In this document: piece by piece, positions 1 to 12,504 of the stretch
How positions within the stretch are numbered: the stretch's first letter is position 1
Layout of the letters: the number at the start of each line of letters is the position of its first letter
Assembly (NCBI RefSeq): GCF_018350175.1
Contig: NC_058368.1
Span: forward strand, 208,756,001 to 208,820,000
DNA length: 64,000 nt
Source: Felis catus
Lineage: Eukaryota
Reading direction: 5' to 3'
Position numbers and translations under genes: made by a program
The notes under the pieces: generated by a model
Databases searched by the model: none
What the model was told of the DNA's origin: nothing
Seen by the model: only the letters and a program-made list of their open reading frames with translations

Positions 1-355
1 GGCACATGAGAATGAATGTAAGTGGTCTTTAGGAGCAAAGAATGAGCCCTGTCAGCCAGCAAAGAGGTGGGGACGTGAGTCCAACCACCTTAGTTTGACA
101 CAGCTGACAGTGACTATGTCGGTGAATGAGCTTTAAAAAAGATTCTCAGAACTTCCATAAGAGCCTCACCTGACCAAGACCTTGATTTTGGACTTGATTC
201 ACTGTCTTCAGAAAATCCATTTGAGCTTGCTTTGACTAAGAATTTATACAACTGGGATTTAACAGTTGTAGGATTTATACAAGGGATTTAACAACCAAAA
301 AAGTTCCATAAACTGGTAAAATTTGGTAATTTGTTATACAGCCAAAGAATAACTG
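1..355 (+). mobile_element. MaLR LTR 3' part (MLT1D/E-like)
   Basis: Motifs cagccagcaaagaggtggggac, gaatgagctt, accttgatttt and the terminal tttggtaatttgttatacagc resemble the MLT1 3' end. Confidence 0.65.
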
Positions 356-514
356 CTTGAAAAAAATAAATCTTGTGATTTAAAAAAAAAATAGAAAGTA
401 AAATTTCAAAACACCTAGGTTATAAACATAAAACCAAAATCTCCCAGTGATACAACCATAGCTCATACACAAAGGAATAGGAGTCCTAATGATAACAGAA
501 GGTAGATCACAGAT

Positions 515-1810
515 CTAAATGTAAAAGTAAAACAATACAGAATCCAGAAGAATCACAAGGAAAGTATCTTTGTGTCATTGAGGTGGGCAAAGATTTCTTA
601 AACAGGACAAAAAAACATGCCAACTACTTAAAAAAATGAATAAACTGTACCTTTGTAAAAAGAAATACACCACTAACAAACTAAACAAGCAAGTCATAGC
701 CTATAAGAAGATAGTCTGAATACATATATCTGACAAATGACTTGTATCCAGAATATATAAAGAATTCCTTCAACTGAATAAAGACAAGCAAGCTAATATT
801 TTTTTAATGGACAAAAGAATTGAATAGACATTAAAAAAAAAGGGGGTTTCTAGTTGGCCAGTAAATAAAAAATATTTAATGTATAGTTATTCATTAGGAA
901 AATGCAAATGACAGCTTCAATGAGATATCACTACTTACCCAAAAGAATGACTGAAGTTTTAGGGGCGCCTGGGTGGCTCAGTCAGTTAAGCGACCGACTT
1001 CGGCTCAGGTCATGATCTCACAGTTTGTGAGTTTGAGCCCCATGTCGGGCTCTGTGCTGACAGCTCAGAGCCTGGAGCCTGCTTCGGATTTTGTGTCTCC
1101 CTCTCTCTCTGCCCCTCCCCTGCTCACACTCTGTCTCTCTCTCTCTCTCTCAAAAATAAATAAATGTTAAAAAAAAAAAATCCTGACCATTCCATATGTT
1201 AGGGAAGATATAGAGCAAATGGAAGTCTCATAATTGAGAAAAATGGTTCATCTACTTTGGAAAATCATCAAACTTTCTGATAATATCTATAACCCCAGTG
1301 TCCAGAAATTCTATTTCTAGGTATTTACTCAAGAGAAGTAAAAGTGTATGTCCTCAAAAAGACATGCACAGAATGTTCTTAACAATTTTATTCATAGTAA
1401 TCAAAATCTGAAAACCACCCAAAAGTCCAAGAACAGGAGAATGGATAGAAGTTGTGGGATACAACATACTATAAATATAAGCAAACAACTAATATCCACA
1501 ACCACATGGATGAATCGCAGCTTTTTTATTGAGCAGAAGCAGCCAGGCACAAAAGAGTACTATATGATTCTATATATGAAGTTCAAGAACTAATGAAGCA
1601 AATTTGTGTCATAGAAGTCAGATAAGTAGTTCTCTTTAGGGTGGGGGTGAGATAGTACTGACAGGGAACAGGTACCAAGGCACCTTCTTGGGTGGTGATC
1701 TGGATAGCACTGCACAGGTAGACAGATCTGTAAAAATCTATCAAGCTATATATTTAATATTTATTTTTTATATTTTAAAAAGACATTATATTTTATAAGA
1801 TTATGCCTGC
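515..1810 (+). mobile_element. Ancient LINE-1 (L1MC/L1ME-like) ORF2 3' end and 3' UTR, interrupted by a SINE
   Basis: gggcaaagatttcttaaacaggac, gacttgtatccagaatatataaagaa, attaggaaaatgcaaat and ttctaggtatttactcaagagaa are typical L1M 3' motifs. Confidence 0.8.
962..1180 (+). mobile_element. Feline CanSINE (SINEC_Fc)
   Basis: ggggcgcctgggtggctcagtc head, (CT)n tract, AATAAA and poly(A). Confidence 0.97.
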
Positions 1811-1859
1811 TTTTTAAAAAATAAAAGGAAATAAGAAAAAGAAAAAAAGAAAGAATGGC

Positions 1860-3430
1860 ATCAGGGCTTATCAATTGCAACATAGGAATCTAAAAGACCA
1901 TGAAGGAATGTCTTCAAAATTCTGAGAGAAAATAGCTTCAAATCTAGAATTCCAGACCCATTCAAACTTTCAATCAAGTGTGAGGTTAAATTAGAAACAT
2001 TTTCAGATGAGGATGAGCAAGCACTCAAAAAGAAAAATTTAACTCCCATGCATTCTTTCTTTAGAAGCTTCAGAAGGTTTCTCCACCAAACACGGGAGAA
2101 CCCAGTGGGTCCAAAGAAAAAGGAATGCACCTGGAGTAGGAAGAGGGAGGGCCATGGTGGAAGGTATTCAGGAAAAAGAAAAGAATTGAAATGTAACCAG
2201 ATATAAGTGAGCATTTAGAAAAAAAAAAAAAAAGATAGGTTTGTGACAGATATATAATATGGCATTCAGGAACAAAAGAAATTGCTACATTCAAAAATCT
2301 GCAAGTGAGAATTAGGAGCAGCAACTGACAGTAGGAGAAATAAAAATGATACGAGAGAGCAAATATCAACAGTCCTCTACTTGGGTATAAAATGAACATT
2401 AACACAGGAATCTTGTATGCTGATCATCAGCTTAACAAAAAATATAACTATCTTTGGGCCATGAGGGAAGCAAGTGCAAGGATGTGAGGAATAAGCTTAG
2501 GAATTCCCTGAGCTTGCACTGATGGGTTAACAAGGCATAAAGAAACAGAAATCTCAGGATGTATGCATCCAAGATTAGGTAACCAAGATTAGATATAACA
2601 GATTAGGTAAATAGGGCAAAGGCCCCCAGTATAGGACAAAGGTATAGAAACAGGAAATCTCAGGATATACACATCCAAAATTAGGTAAACAAGATTAGGT
2701 ATTCGGGGGAGGAAGCACCCCCCAATTTAGTACAATAGCAGAAAGCTGCTTTCACAGGAAGGAAGGACCAAAATGGGTGAAAAGGTAAAGAGGGGTATAG
2801 ACTGCAGCAGGGCAAAGTTGCCCAGAGGGGAGCTAATTAGCAAAAGAAAGGTGCCTTGTTGACCCTGAGGTAGCCTGCTCTGTCTTTCTTGCCCCCTAGG
2901 CAAGTTTAGGTAAACTGAGGTGGCCCTCATGCCTGTTGTAAACAACCATTGATACCAGGATTTTGTTTTGTATTGACCCAAACCCCTAACACTGAGTTGA
3001 TGTTCATGGTTTCATTGTCTCTTTGTGCATCATGCTTGTAAGCCTCCTGATCCTAATAAAAACAGAGCAAGGACCGTTGATCAGGGCTTTTGTCTCCTCC
3101 TGGACATTAGCCTCTCTTACACTTCAATCCTGCATCCCCTCTCTTGCTGGACAAGAGAAAACTCCAGACCCAGAGTCTACGACACAAGGAGATGCAAGAG
3201 AGTTAAGTCCTCGTCGACACTGTAAGAAATTTATTAATTTCAAGCATTGTCTGAAATTGACAAATGAGAGATAGTGGTATCAAATATTATTGAACTAAGG
3301 GGACAACTATGAAAAGAAACTGCCAAAAGAATTAACAAGTATTGTCTCCACAGGGTGGAAATGGACACAGGATAAAGCTGTGTAGGAGGCTGATTTGTGC
3401 ATTTTAAGCCTTTCAAAACTATTCTTAAAT
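1860..3430 (+). mobile_element. HAL1/L1ME ORF1-like ancient LINE fragment, split by a solo LTR
   Basis: aatgtcttcaaaattctgagagaaaat...tctagaattc...tcaatcaagtgtgagg...acattttcaga; the element resumes after the LTR with gcaagagagttaagtcctc. Confidence 0.65.
2483..3184 (+). mobile_element. Solo ERV LTR (~700 bp, probably carnivore-specific)
   Basis: TG...CA termini, flanking CAAGGA at 2477-2482 and 3185-3190, internal ~55-bp direct repeats, AATAAA at 3055-3060. Confidence 0.8.
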
Positions 3431-4016
3431 AGAATTTTTAAGAAACAAGAGAAAATAGAGACATGTATAAGATTATGCAGGGAGAGGAAGATGAGAAGTG
3501 AAGGATCCTGGGAATTCTAGGGAATATCAACGTTTAAAGGGCAAAGGAGGAGGACTACGAACCAAGACTGAGGAGGCAACATCAAAGAGGCAGAAAGACA
3601 ACCCCAAAAGGGCTCCAGGGAAACCAGAGGAGGCTGAGTTCTCACCTGCTGTGGGGTCAAGGTAGGGCGAGACTTTTACTGAGCAACTACACATGCTTGT
3701 ATCCACTTATCATTCTCCCCTACACAGGCAGGCCAAGACCTAGTGAAGGTTCTGGAATTGTTAAGCACCCAGCTACAGATTTTGCTGTTGTGCCATCAGA
3801 GCAGGTGAATATGTATCTGGTCTTGGGAAAGCAGCCTGAGCCAACAAAGTCTCTCAGAAACAGCTCAACCCTTCCATGACCACCTGCCTCCCCAACTACC
3901 CACCCTCCCCTGCCCCAAAGGCTGTGAACTTGGGCCTCTGTTTCAAGGGTAGGATTCTGGGACTTTCTTTCCCCAGTTCTCTGTGGCTTCTATTCAGATA
4001 TTCTAGTTTAAAAAAA

Positions 4017-4237
4017 TTTTTTTTGTTAATGTTTATTTATCCTTGAGAGAGAGAGAGAGAGTGAGTAAGCATAAGGGGGGCAGGGGCATAGAGAGAGGGA
4101 GACAGAGAATCTGAAGCAGGCCCCAGGCTCTGAGCTGTCAGCACAGAGCCCAGTGCAGGGCTTGAACCCACAAACCACAAGATCGTGACCTAAGCCAAAG
4201 TCAGATGCCCAACCTACTGAACCACATAGGCACCCCC
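4017..4237 (-). mobile_element. Feline CanSINE
   Basis: Reverse-complement SINE: poly(T), (GA)n, ggctctgagctgtcagcacagagcc, ending ggcacccc. Confidence 0.95.
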
Positions 4238-4240
4238 TAA

Positions 4241-4452
4241 TTTTTTTTTAATGTTTATTTACTTGAGAGAGAATTGCACATGTGGGGTGGGGGGCAGAGA
4301 GAGAGAGAGAGAGGGAAACAGAGAATCCAAGAAGGCTCCATGCTGTCAGAGCAGAGTCAGACACAGGGCTTGATCTCACGAACCATGAGATCATGACCTG
4401 AACCAAAATCAAGAGTCAGACACTTAACCGACTGAGCTACCCAGGTGCCCCC
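4241..4452 (-). mobile_element. Feline CanSINE (Fc2-like), adjacent to the previous copy
   Basis: gagatcatgacctgaaccaaaatcaagagtcagacacttaaccgactgagctacccaggtgcccc. Confidence 0.95.
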
Positions 4453-5074
4453 AGATAACCAATTCTTACTTACATTGAGACTCTGTCCTTTGCTTCTTGG
4501 ACTGGATCTAACATTCACCAGGTGCCTGTCTATGTGTCCCCACCTGCTCCTGGGGTCCATAAGGTGTGCTGCTCCCACCTGTGGGCGCACATGACAGGAA
4601 CAGTTCCTGAAGCAGAGGCAGCTTCACCTTTCCTGAGATAACACCAGCCCAATACTCACAGGGCTTGTCAATGAGCATTCTCCGGTTAACTGCTTTCCAG
4701 CTAGATAATATTCCAGTGCTTACTTATAGATACATTAATTGTATAATTGGAAATAAAAAGCACTAATTCCTTAGAGTAGGAGGGAAGGTGGTGAGAGAGA
4801 CAATGCCAGTGCTTCCAGGCTGATAACTGAATGAACCAGAAAGTTCTGGAGGTACATAAAGAAAGGACACTCAAGGAAAACACCATCACATAGCATTTAT
4901 GAAATGAAGGACATCCCAAAGACACATGTGGAGGATCCAACCGCACAGAGGATCTGAACAGACATGTATTTATCCCAGAAAAGCAAATGGAATGGATAGA
5001 ATCACTGGTGATCAGGAGAATCTTGTTAAATGTAGGCAAGTTTGGATATTACTATAATAATGATATATATATTG

Positions 5075-5255
5075 TTTCCTATGTGTTGGGCTGTAAACAC
5101 TATCTATATTAGCTTACTTAATCCCTACAAAAACTCTGTGAGGTCAGGATTATTGTTATTCCCATTTCATAGATGAGAAACTGAGGTAAAGGGAAGATAT
5201 ATAACTTCCCCTCGGTCTCATAGGTGACAGCACTAAGGTTTGAACCCAGGCATTA
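5075..5255 (-). mobile_element. MIR
   Basis: Core attcccatttcatagatgagaaactgagg and tttgaacccagg. Confidence 0.85.
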
Positions 5256-6595
5256 ACTGTCCACCAGAAATGCTCTGATGAGCTTAAACTGCAGATCACA
5301 TGATCTGGAAGTATTTCCAGTCTGGAAGCAGTCCAGCCTAGAAATGGGAGCCTATTAAAGAAATGAGCCGATACACAGGTTCCCAGCTCCTAGGGAGGGT
5401 GAAATCCTGATAGGAAACTCTGTAGCCAGGCATACAAGTATAGACACAGCTATGGAGTAAGACTTACGAAGGTCTAACTCTTACCACAGCTGTGAGCACA
5501 GAATGAGTCCAGCAAACTTTTCTAGATCTCAGAAGAGTCTGGGGTTTTCAATACCACCATCCTGAAGGCTTCCTTAACTATAGTCTTGAAAAGTCCAGTG
5601 GTAAAACAGTCAGGGAGAAGATTTGTAAAAATATATACCAACAAATTGAGCCTGTCAGTTAGGGGACTGTGCATCAACTTTTAAGAAAAATTCTTAACGT
5701 AAGTACCCAAATCTGAACATGCAAGTCTGTAGCTAAATTTTACTCCAAGGGCAAAGAGCTTTCCGGTGAAGCCAAAAGCATCTTTAGATAATTCAGGGAA
5801 ATAATTCACATAAAAAGAACAGCAAGCTTTGTTGAAAAGGACTCCTGGTGTTTGTTCAGCATCAGCATGAGAGACCTCATTTCAAATTGTTCTCAAATCC
5901 TGATTATTTGAAAATCAATCCAAATGTCTCCCCACCAGCCCCATATTCTTCTAATAAGTTTCATTGAGCAATAAATTCACAAATATACATTCGGAAACTT
6001 CAGATGACACTAGTCGAATTCACTATACAGTGAACAGTCCAAATAAATCAACATTCCTCTTCCACGCTTTTTCATAGGGAAGGCCAGAAAGATCTCCCCA
6101 ACACCCCCCACCCCACCCTGGGTATGACTTTCAGGAAGGGGACTTGGCACATATAAGAAGTGAAAGCTTGCAGAGCTGAGACTTCTGCATTTAAAAGGCT
6201 GAGGCTCCAGCCATGCTCTGAGTGTTATTAGTTCAAGACCTATGGTTATGTCCAGGCTTCACAATGGACTCCTAAAAGCACCAGCTACCAGCTTTCTTGC
6301 CAAAGGCCCAAAGCAGTAAGTTCAAGGTGCTTCCTGGCCCTGACTCAGCCTGTATGGAAGGACCCTGTGTTGACAGTGGTACTGCAGTGGCTCTGAGCCT
6401 TCTCTAAGAGCGCTCTGGAAAGCATTATCCTTCCCAAAGGGGATGTAAGTCTCTTTGAAAGCTTTTCTCCGAGCCTGGTCAGAGATGAAGACAAAAACCA
6501 TAACACATGGGGAGGACCAATATCCCTCAAACTGCTGCCTGATATTATTTGGGAATTCTGCTTTTGAAAATACTTTGTTTATAAAAGAAAAATGC

Positions 6596-6813
6596 GGGGC
6601 GCCTGGGTGGCTCAGTTGGTTAAGTGTCCGACTTCAGCCCAGGTCATGGTCTCATGGTCCATGAGTTCAAGCCCCGCGTCAGGCTCTGTGCTGTCAGTTC
6701 ACAGCCTGGAGCCTGCTTCGGATTCTGTTTCCCTCTCTCTCCGCCCCTCCCCCACTCACACTCGGTCTCTGTCTCTCAAAAAAATGAATGAACATTAAAA
6801 AAATTAAAAAAAA
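6596..6813 (+). mobile_element. Feline CanSINE with TSD aaaagaaaaatgc
   Basis: Canonical head and tail; TSD present on both flanks. Confidence 0.97.
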
Positions 6814-7043
6814 AAAAGAAAAATGCATTCCCATCACTAACTGTCCCTTGGAACAAGTCATCTGCCCTTGTACAAGCTTGAGGACATCCTCTGTAAAATG
6901 AAGAGTTGAACTACATGACTGCTGAGCTCCCATTCCATCTAGTAACAACAGCTGTCAAAAGTAGTCCAATACTGACAATTTCCTATGCTTGGATATGCAG
7001 ATTACACACACATATCCTCACTGTGCCTAAACCCTCACAGTTA

Positions 7044-7610
7044 CTCATTCATTCAATAGATAAGTATTGTCGGCTAGATGCCAAACACTCTTCTAGGCAC
7101 CGAGGATACAGTAGCAAACAACACAGCCAAAGCCATGCTTGCCTGGAGAGTACTTTCTAGAGCTGGCCAGAAGCAAAATAATCAACAAATACATGTCAGG
7201 TAGTAATAACTGCTATGGAAAAAATGGAGACTGTCAGTGTTGGGTAGGATGTTCTATTTGATATGTGATCGGGAAAGGCCCCTTTGAATAGGATATTTGG
7301 GCAGAGCTCTGAAAGATATAAGGTAAGGGAATGAACCATTGGATATTCGTGGCAAGGAGGTTCCAGGTAGAAGCAACACCATGGGCAAAGGCCCTGAGGG
7401 GGAACCATACTGACCTATTCAATATTCAAAAACCTGCAAGGAAGTTAGCATGGCTGACAGAGGATGAGTGCAGTGGCGGAATTTCCAGTTGCTGAGCTGG
7501 AAAAGACTATGAAAGGAACACATTTTGGGTGGTGAGAGATAGAAATCTGGATGTTTCATTTGGGGCACAAGAAGTTTGAGAGGTCTGTTAGATACCTTAT
7601 GAAACTGTGA
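7044..7610 (-). mobile_element. L2 3' fragment
   Basis: tcattcattcaa...ttctaggcaccgaggatacag...gcaaaggccctgagg, the reverse complement of the L2 3' end. Confidence 0.85.
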
Positions 7611-7721
7611 TCTTAATACCACCAGCTTCTAGAATCTTCTTTGGAGAATAACTTAAAATATAATTCCCAGTGACAACACTCAATATCTTCTACTTGGGAA
7701 CTGTCCAGAGAATACCTGGAC

Positions 7722-7945
7722 TAGTGGCACGCTGGATAAGGTTTAATAATCTGCTCTCTGGGGGGTTGGAGGAGGGGGGGAGGGAGAAGTCCCTAATTTG
7801 TTGCATTTGCCTATTTCCATGGTGTAAATACTCATTGTGGCCAACTTCGGGCTACCAACATGAAGCCACTGAATGTGGCGAGGGAAGGAGATGGGCACAA
7901 TTGTCTCCCACATACAGAGCGAGCAGCAGCTCTAGGATGCCACTG
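7722..7945 (-). mobile_element. hAT MITE (MER63-like)
   Basis: Termini tagtggcacgctgg and gatgccactg; internal atttccatggtgtaaatactc. Confidence 0.75.
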
Positions 7946-8511
7946 CAGGGACCCCTTCCCCCAAGTCCCCCCACTCTGTTCAGAGGATGAAGAGAGGAAG
8001 TAGGGGCAATTTAGATGGCTTTAGGCAGTGTCCTTTAAACACCTTTGCAGGGCTTTTGAAAAAACAGGTCCTGAGAAATACTGAGGCATTTGCATTATAA
8101 ACAGCTGCCTTATTGTAACAAACTGATCCAAGATCTGACATTAATTATCTCTAATGCAAAGCAAATTTACTGTCAAATTTCCATGGGGGGGGGGGGGAGA
8201 GCAGACAGGGGAAGATGGAGTCCCCAGTCCCACTGATGGTCCTCCAAGTCATTGGTGGAGGGAAGGAAGCTCCATTCTCAGTATTTGTTCCAGTTTCCAA
8301 GCCCAGTATCCCTCTGTGAATCAGTCAGGGCATACCTGGCTCACTTGTAAATCTGGGATGAGAGAAAAATTTGCTCTAGGCTTTAACCTGCCCCTGGAGA
8401 GAACTATTTTCTCAGGGCAATAAAAGACATTAGGTTTGTGTTAGCAAACTATTGTCCAGTCAGCAAATTAAAGATTCTTAGGCAAAACTTGCTTGCTTTC
8501 TCCACACTAGA

Positions 8512-8684
8512 GCAGGCGTTCTGAATTCTCTCTGCATTTTTAGAATCAGCTAAGTTGTTAGCAAACTGGTGTTGGGGGTGGGCACACTCAGAGATTCAGA
8601 TCCAATTGGTTGGTGAGAGCTTGGTGTGGGTATTTTTAAATGCTCCAAGCTGATTCTAACTGTAACCAGGGCTGAGAAGCACTG
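8512..8684. mobile_element. MER5-family hAT-Charlie MITE
   Basis: ttagaatca, cagagattcagat, tgattctaac...ccagggctgagaagcactg. Confidence 0.7.
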
Positions 8685-10189
8685 CACTGGAAGCCTGAGC
8701 AGTGATTAGTTAGCTGGAATCCACCTGATTGCTCCGTGGGTGTTGAAAGATCACTCACACACAGAGCAGTGGCTAAGACGGTGGCAAAGCCATGGGACTA
8801 GGAATTGGGGAGGCTGGGGGTCTGCCACTGGAAAAGCTGCTGCACAGTACAGGCTCCTGAGGGTTAGGACAGATGGTCTCCAAGTTCATTCCTCCCCCTG
8901 ATTCTGTGTCTGCTAACGTTGGGAGCTCCGCTGTAGGAGTTACACTTTGGCAGCCACTAAGGAAGCCCCCTGGGTGGTGTGAGGTCATGTTTTCAGAAGA
9001 ACGGCAGCTAAGAGCTGCTAAAACATCCTGATAAAGAATGCTCAAGCAGAGTAAGTCTGGGCCAAAGATTTTCCCAAAATAAAGCATCTTGTCTGGGATG
9101 GTGAGCCAGGCTGAAGCACACTCCTGCCTTTCCCAACTCCCATACCGGAGTTTAGTTTCCTGGTTTTATTGCTGCACAAGGATGTGGCATTACTAATGGG
9201 AAACCAGCACTCTTCAAAACCCTGAAATTTCACCACATGGTTCCTGACCAAACAATAAATCAATCAAAGTTCAATTAAGAAATTCATCCTAAAATCAAGT
9301 AATATTTAATTTTCCTTTCCACGAACACTGGCAATTAATCATCAGTTGCACCAAGCTCTCATTATAGTGTAAGTCTACCTGTTCGCTTTTCTTTCCGTCT
9401 CTCCAATCCAGAACAATCCCACCCTTCCCCTGCCCCCAGGCACACACTTCCCTGCTCACACACAGACACCAAATTGGGCCCCAAAGGGACAGAGAGAACA
9501 CATCAGCAAACAATGCAGAGTGGATGGAGGATGGATGGCAAGGGCTGGTGGTCCCATGGAAGGACAAAGGCCCAGAAAATGACCATTTCCAAGGAGGATG
9601 AGGAAAATCTTCAATGGAGACCAGAGTCCCAACCGAGGGAAAGCCCCTACATAATAGGGGGTCGAATGTGCCTAAAGGAACACAGCCACTAGGGAGTCAG
9701 AACTGGCTCAGCGCTGGCCACCTTGGTCTCCACTTGCTGTGCTAGCCACACTTCCGGCCCATCTCCCACCTCCAAGTGCATCTCTTGGGGGGGGGGGAGG
9801 GCTGGAGAGGGGGAAACACTCAACTGCCGTAGCTACAGAGGCTTTTGATTAAGGGAAGTAAATGGTACGGAAGCTTTGTCTTTTAAATCCCTCAAAACAG
9901 TTTTCAAAAAATAAAACAACATGCAGATAGAAGAGGAGCACAAATGTTCTGGAAGGCCAGATGGAAGAAGCAAATTCATTGCATTCAGCAAGAGAACAGA
10001 ACAACGCTGCCAAACTACACAGGGGAGGGGATTCCCTGTTCTTCTCACCTCTCTTCTCACCCAAGAACATAGTTATGAATTTCATGGAAATGGATGGCAG
10101 CATGAGTCAGTTAAATTTACCAGGTCACCCTTTTCCACATACAATAGTCAGTTTGGCAAATCAGGTCTCTTGCCTATGCTGGTCCTTCT

Positions 10190-10445
10190 ACCTGATAATC
10201 TCCTTCTTATCCCTTGGGACCCAGCTCAAATGTCACCCCCTCTGAGCGCCCCCCCCCCCAGATTCACCCAAGCAGAACCTAGAGCTTTCCTCCTTTGTTC
10301 CCAAGGCCTTCATCCACACTCTCTATAGACATACTGTGATGTTGTCACCTAGTTATGTGTGTGTATCCCCAAGTAAGGTCCCAGAGGTAAGAGCTAGACT
10401 TTGTTCATTTGCTCATCCCCGGTACCTAATAAATGCTTACTAAGG
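10190..10445 (+). mobile_element. L2 3' fragment
   Basis: cagctcaaatgtcacc...ttgttcatt...aataaatgctt. Confidence 0.6.
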
Positions 10446-11196
10446 GAACAGACTGGCCAACAGACACAAAGATTCCAGGGGAATCCAGAGAGGCACTGCT
10501 CTGAAAAGGAATCTCCATCTACAGGAGACAGAAGAGATGCCAACCATGAGACAGACTTTTCTATAGGCAACGACTCATCTTTTCTGGAAGTTTGGAAGGA
10601 CCGTCAGCAAGATCTCTGCCAGTCTCCTCTGTGTCTCTCTCTATTTATACCCTGGGGCCAGGAGACAGGAGGAGGCTGTCTGAACCCAAGGACAATGGTC
10701 TGCAAGCAATATCTCCTCTGCATTTATTCTTGGCAAGAATCTCCAGAGATTAGATTTCCTCTAGAAAGTAGCCACTAAGAGAGGGAAATTCCAGTCCTTA
10801 AGTTCTCCTGCTATTTCCAAAGAAATGGATAGAAACTTTAAATATCTTTTTGGTAGCCTTTAAGTCACCAAAATTCACCCTCAAGCAAAATGACTATAGG
10901 CATTTCAGAAGTCTTGAGCTCAAATTTCAGGTTACTTGAAAGAGAAAAGCAAAAAAAGTAAAAGTAAAGGGGTCTCTAAGAGAGCAAAAAATTTGGAGGG
11001 AGGGGGGATATAAAATCACCAGCCTATCCAAGTATTTTAACTGCATAATGGGGCAAAAAAAGAGTTCAGTAAAATATCTGGGCTTATCCTTAATGGATCT
11101 AGAAACAAATACAAACACACATATAGTAAAGCAACTATTAACCTAATTTGCCATAACCTCAACTTGCTCCCTTTTAGGAAAAGAAGCAAAAGCCAC

Positions 11197-11395
11197 AGTA
11201 ATTGAGAGCACACGGTTAGATGTCAGACCTGAATTGCATCCCACTCTCCAGCCTTCCAGCTGTGAGGCCTTGAGCAAGTTACTCAAACTCCCCAAGCTTC
11301 AGTGTCTCCAGCAGGAAAATGGGCTGTCACAAGGCTTCATGAGTGCTACACATTAAAGATCTCAGCACAGCGCCAGGCACAGAGAAAGGGCTCCC
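11197..11395 (+). mobile_element. MIR
   Basis: agctgtgaggccttgagcaagttactcaaactc...aaaatggg. Confidence 0.8.
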
Positions 11396-12256
11396 TAGGT
11401 AGGTGGCAGTGATGGGAGCAGTCTTCAGAATCCTAACTGTCATCACAATAACAAGAAAACAAAAGTACGCCAGGAATTTAGGAAGAAAGGGAAAAGTCCC
11501 AGTTATAGGAAGAAATCTCCTGAACTCTGGGCAACAGCCTTCCCTATTATTTATCAAATGCACTCGTCTCTCCGTAGAATCCTCAATAATGACAGAAAGA
11601 TCCAATTATGGTCATGGTATTTTATAAGAAGGACATTAACACATTTGATCAAACTTTTCAGCCAAATGGTTGAGACCACAAAGGTTTCTTTCCCGAACAT
11701 TCAATTACCAGGAAAACCCCACACCCTAAGAGCTTAGTTCTAAGCTTGAATTGTTTATTAGTTTCAGGAGGCCTGAGAGACTGCCTAAATACAGATTTTT
11801 TTCTAGAAGTTACATCAGAGAGTTTCCACTTGTTATGTCCCCAACAGTCTGGAGTAATTGAATACACACCCCAAGAGGAGGCCTTTTTTTGGCATTAAAA
11901 ATGAAGTACCAACGTCAAGCACCAACTCCAAGTTCATGGACTTTGTAGTAACACAGTCTGTCACTGAAGACAGCACTCTAGTCACCAGAAGCTTGAAAAA
12001 CTCAGCAGGACAAAGCTGTTCTCCATTTTATTATAGCTTTTCAAGGGCTAAAGATCTGACATTTAAACACAAGTGTATGGTGTGTGTGCGTGTGTGTGTG
12101 TGTGTGCTCACGTTCACAAACACAAGAGCAGGTGTGAGGATTATGAGTCATGGCCCACACCTGGCTCTGCCTATCATGACAAAGATGCTCCCAACTTGTA
12201 CCAGTCAGTTCATGTATGCCAGAAAGAAGGGGGTAGAAGAGGAAAGAAAGACTTTA

Positions 12257-12462
12257 TTTTTTTTTTAATTTTTAACGTTTATTTAGTTTTTGAGAGACAG
12301 AGTGTGAGCAGGGGAGGGACAAGAGAGTGGGAGTCACAGAATCCGAAGCAGACTCCAGGCTCTGTCAGCACAGAGCCAGACGCAGGGCTTGAACTCACAG
12401 ACCATGAGATCATGACCTGAGCTGAAGTGGGACGCTTAACTGGCTGAGCCACCCAGGCACCC
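12257..12462 (-). mobile_element. Feline CanSINE with TSD core aagacttta
   Basis: Reverse-complement SINE body; aagacttta on both flanks. Confidence 0.95.
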
Positions 12463-12504
12463 TAGAAGGAAGACTTTAAAGCATCAATGAAACCCAACCC
12501 AACT

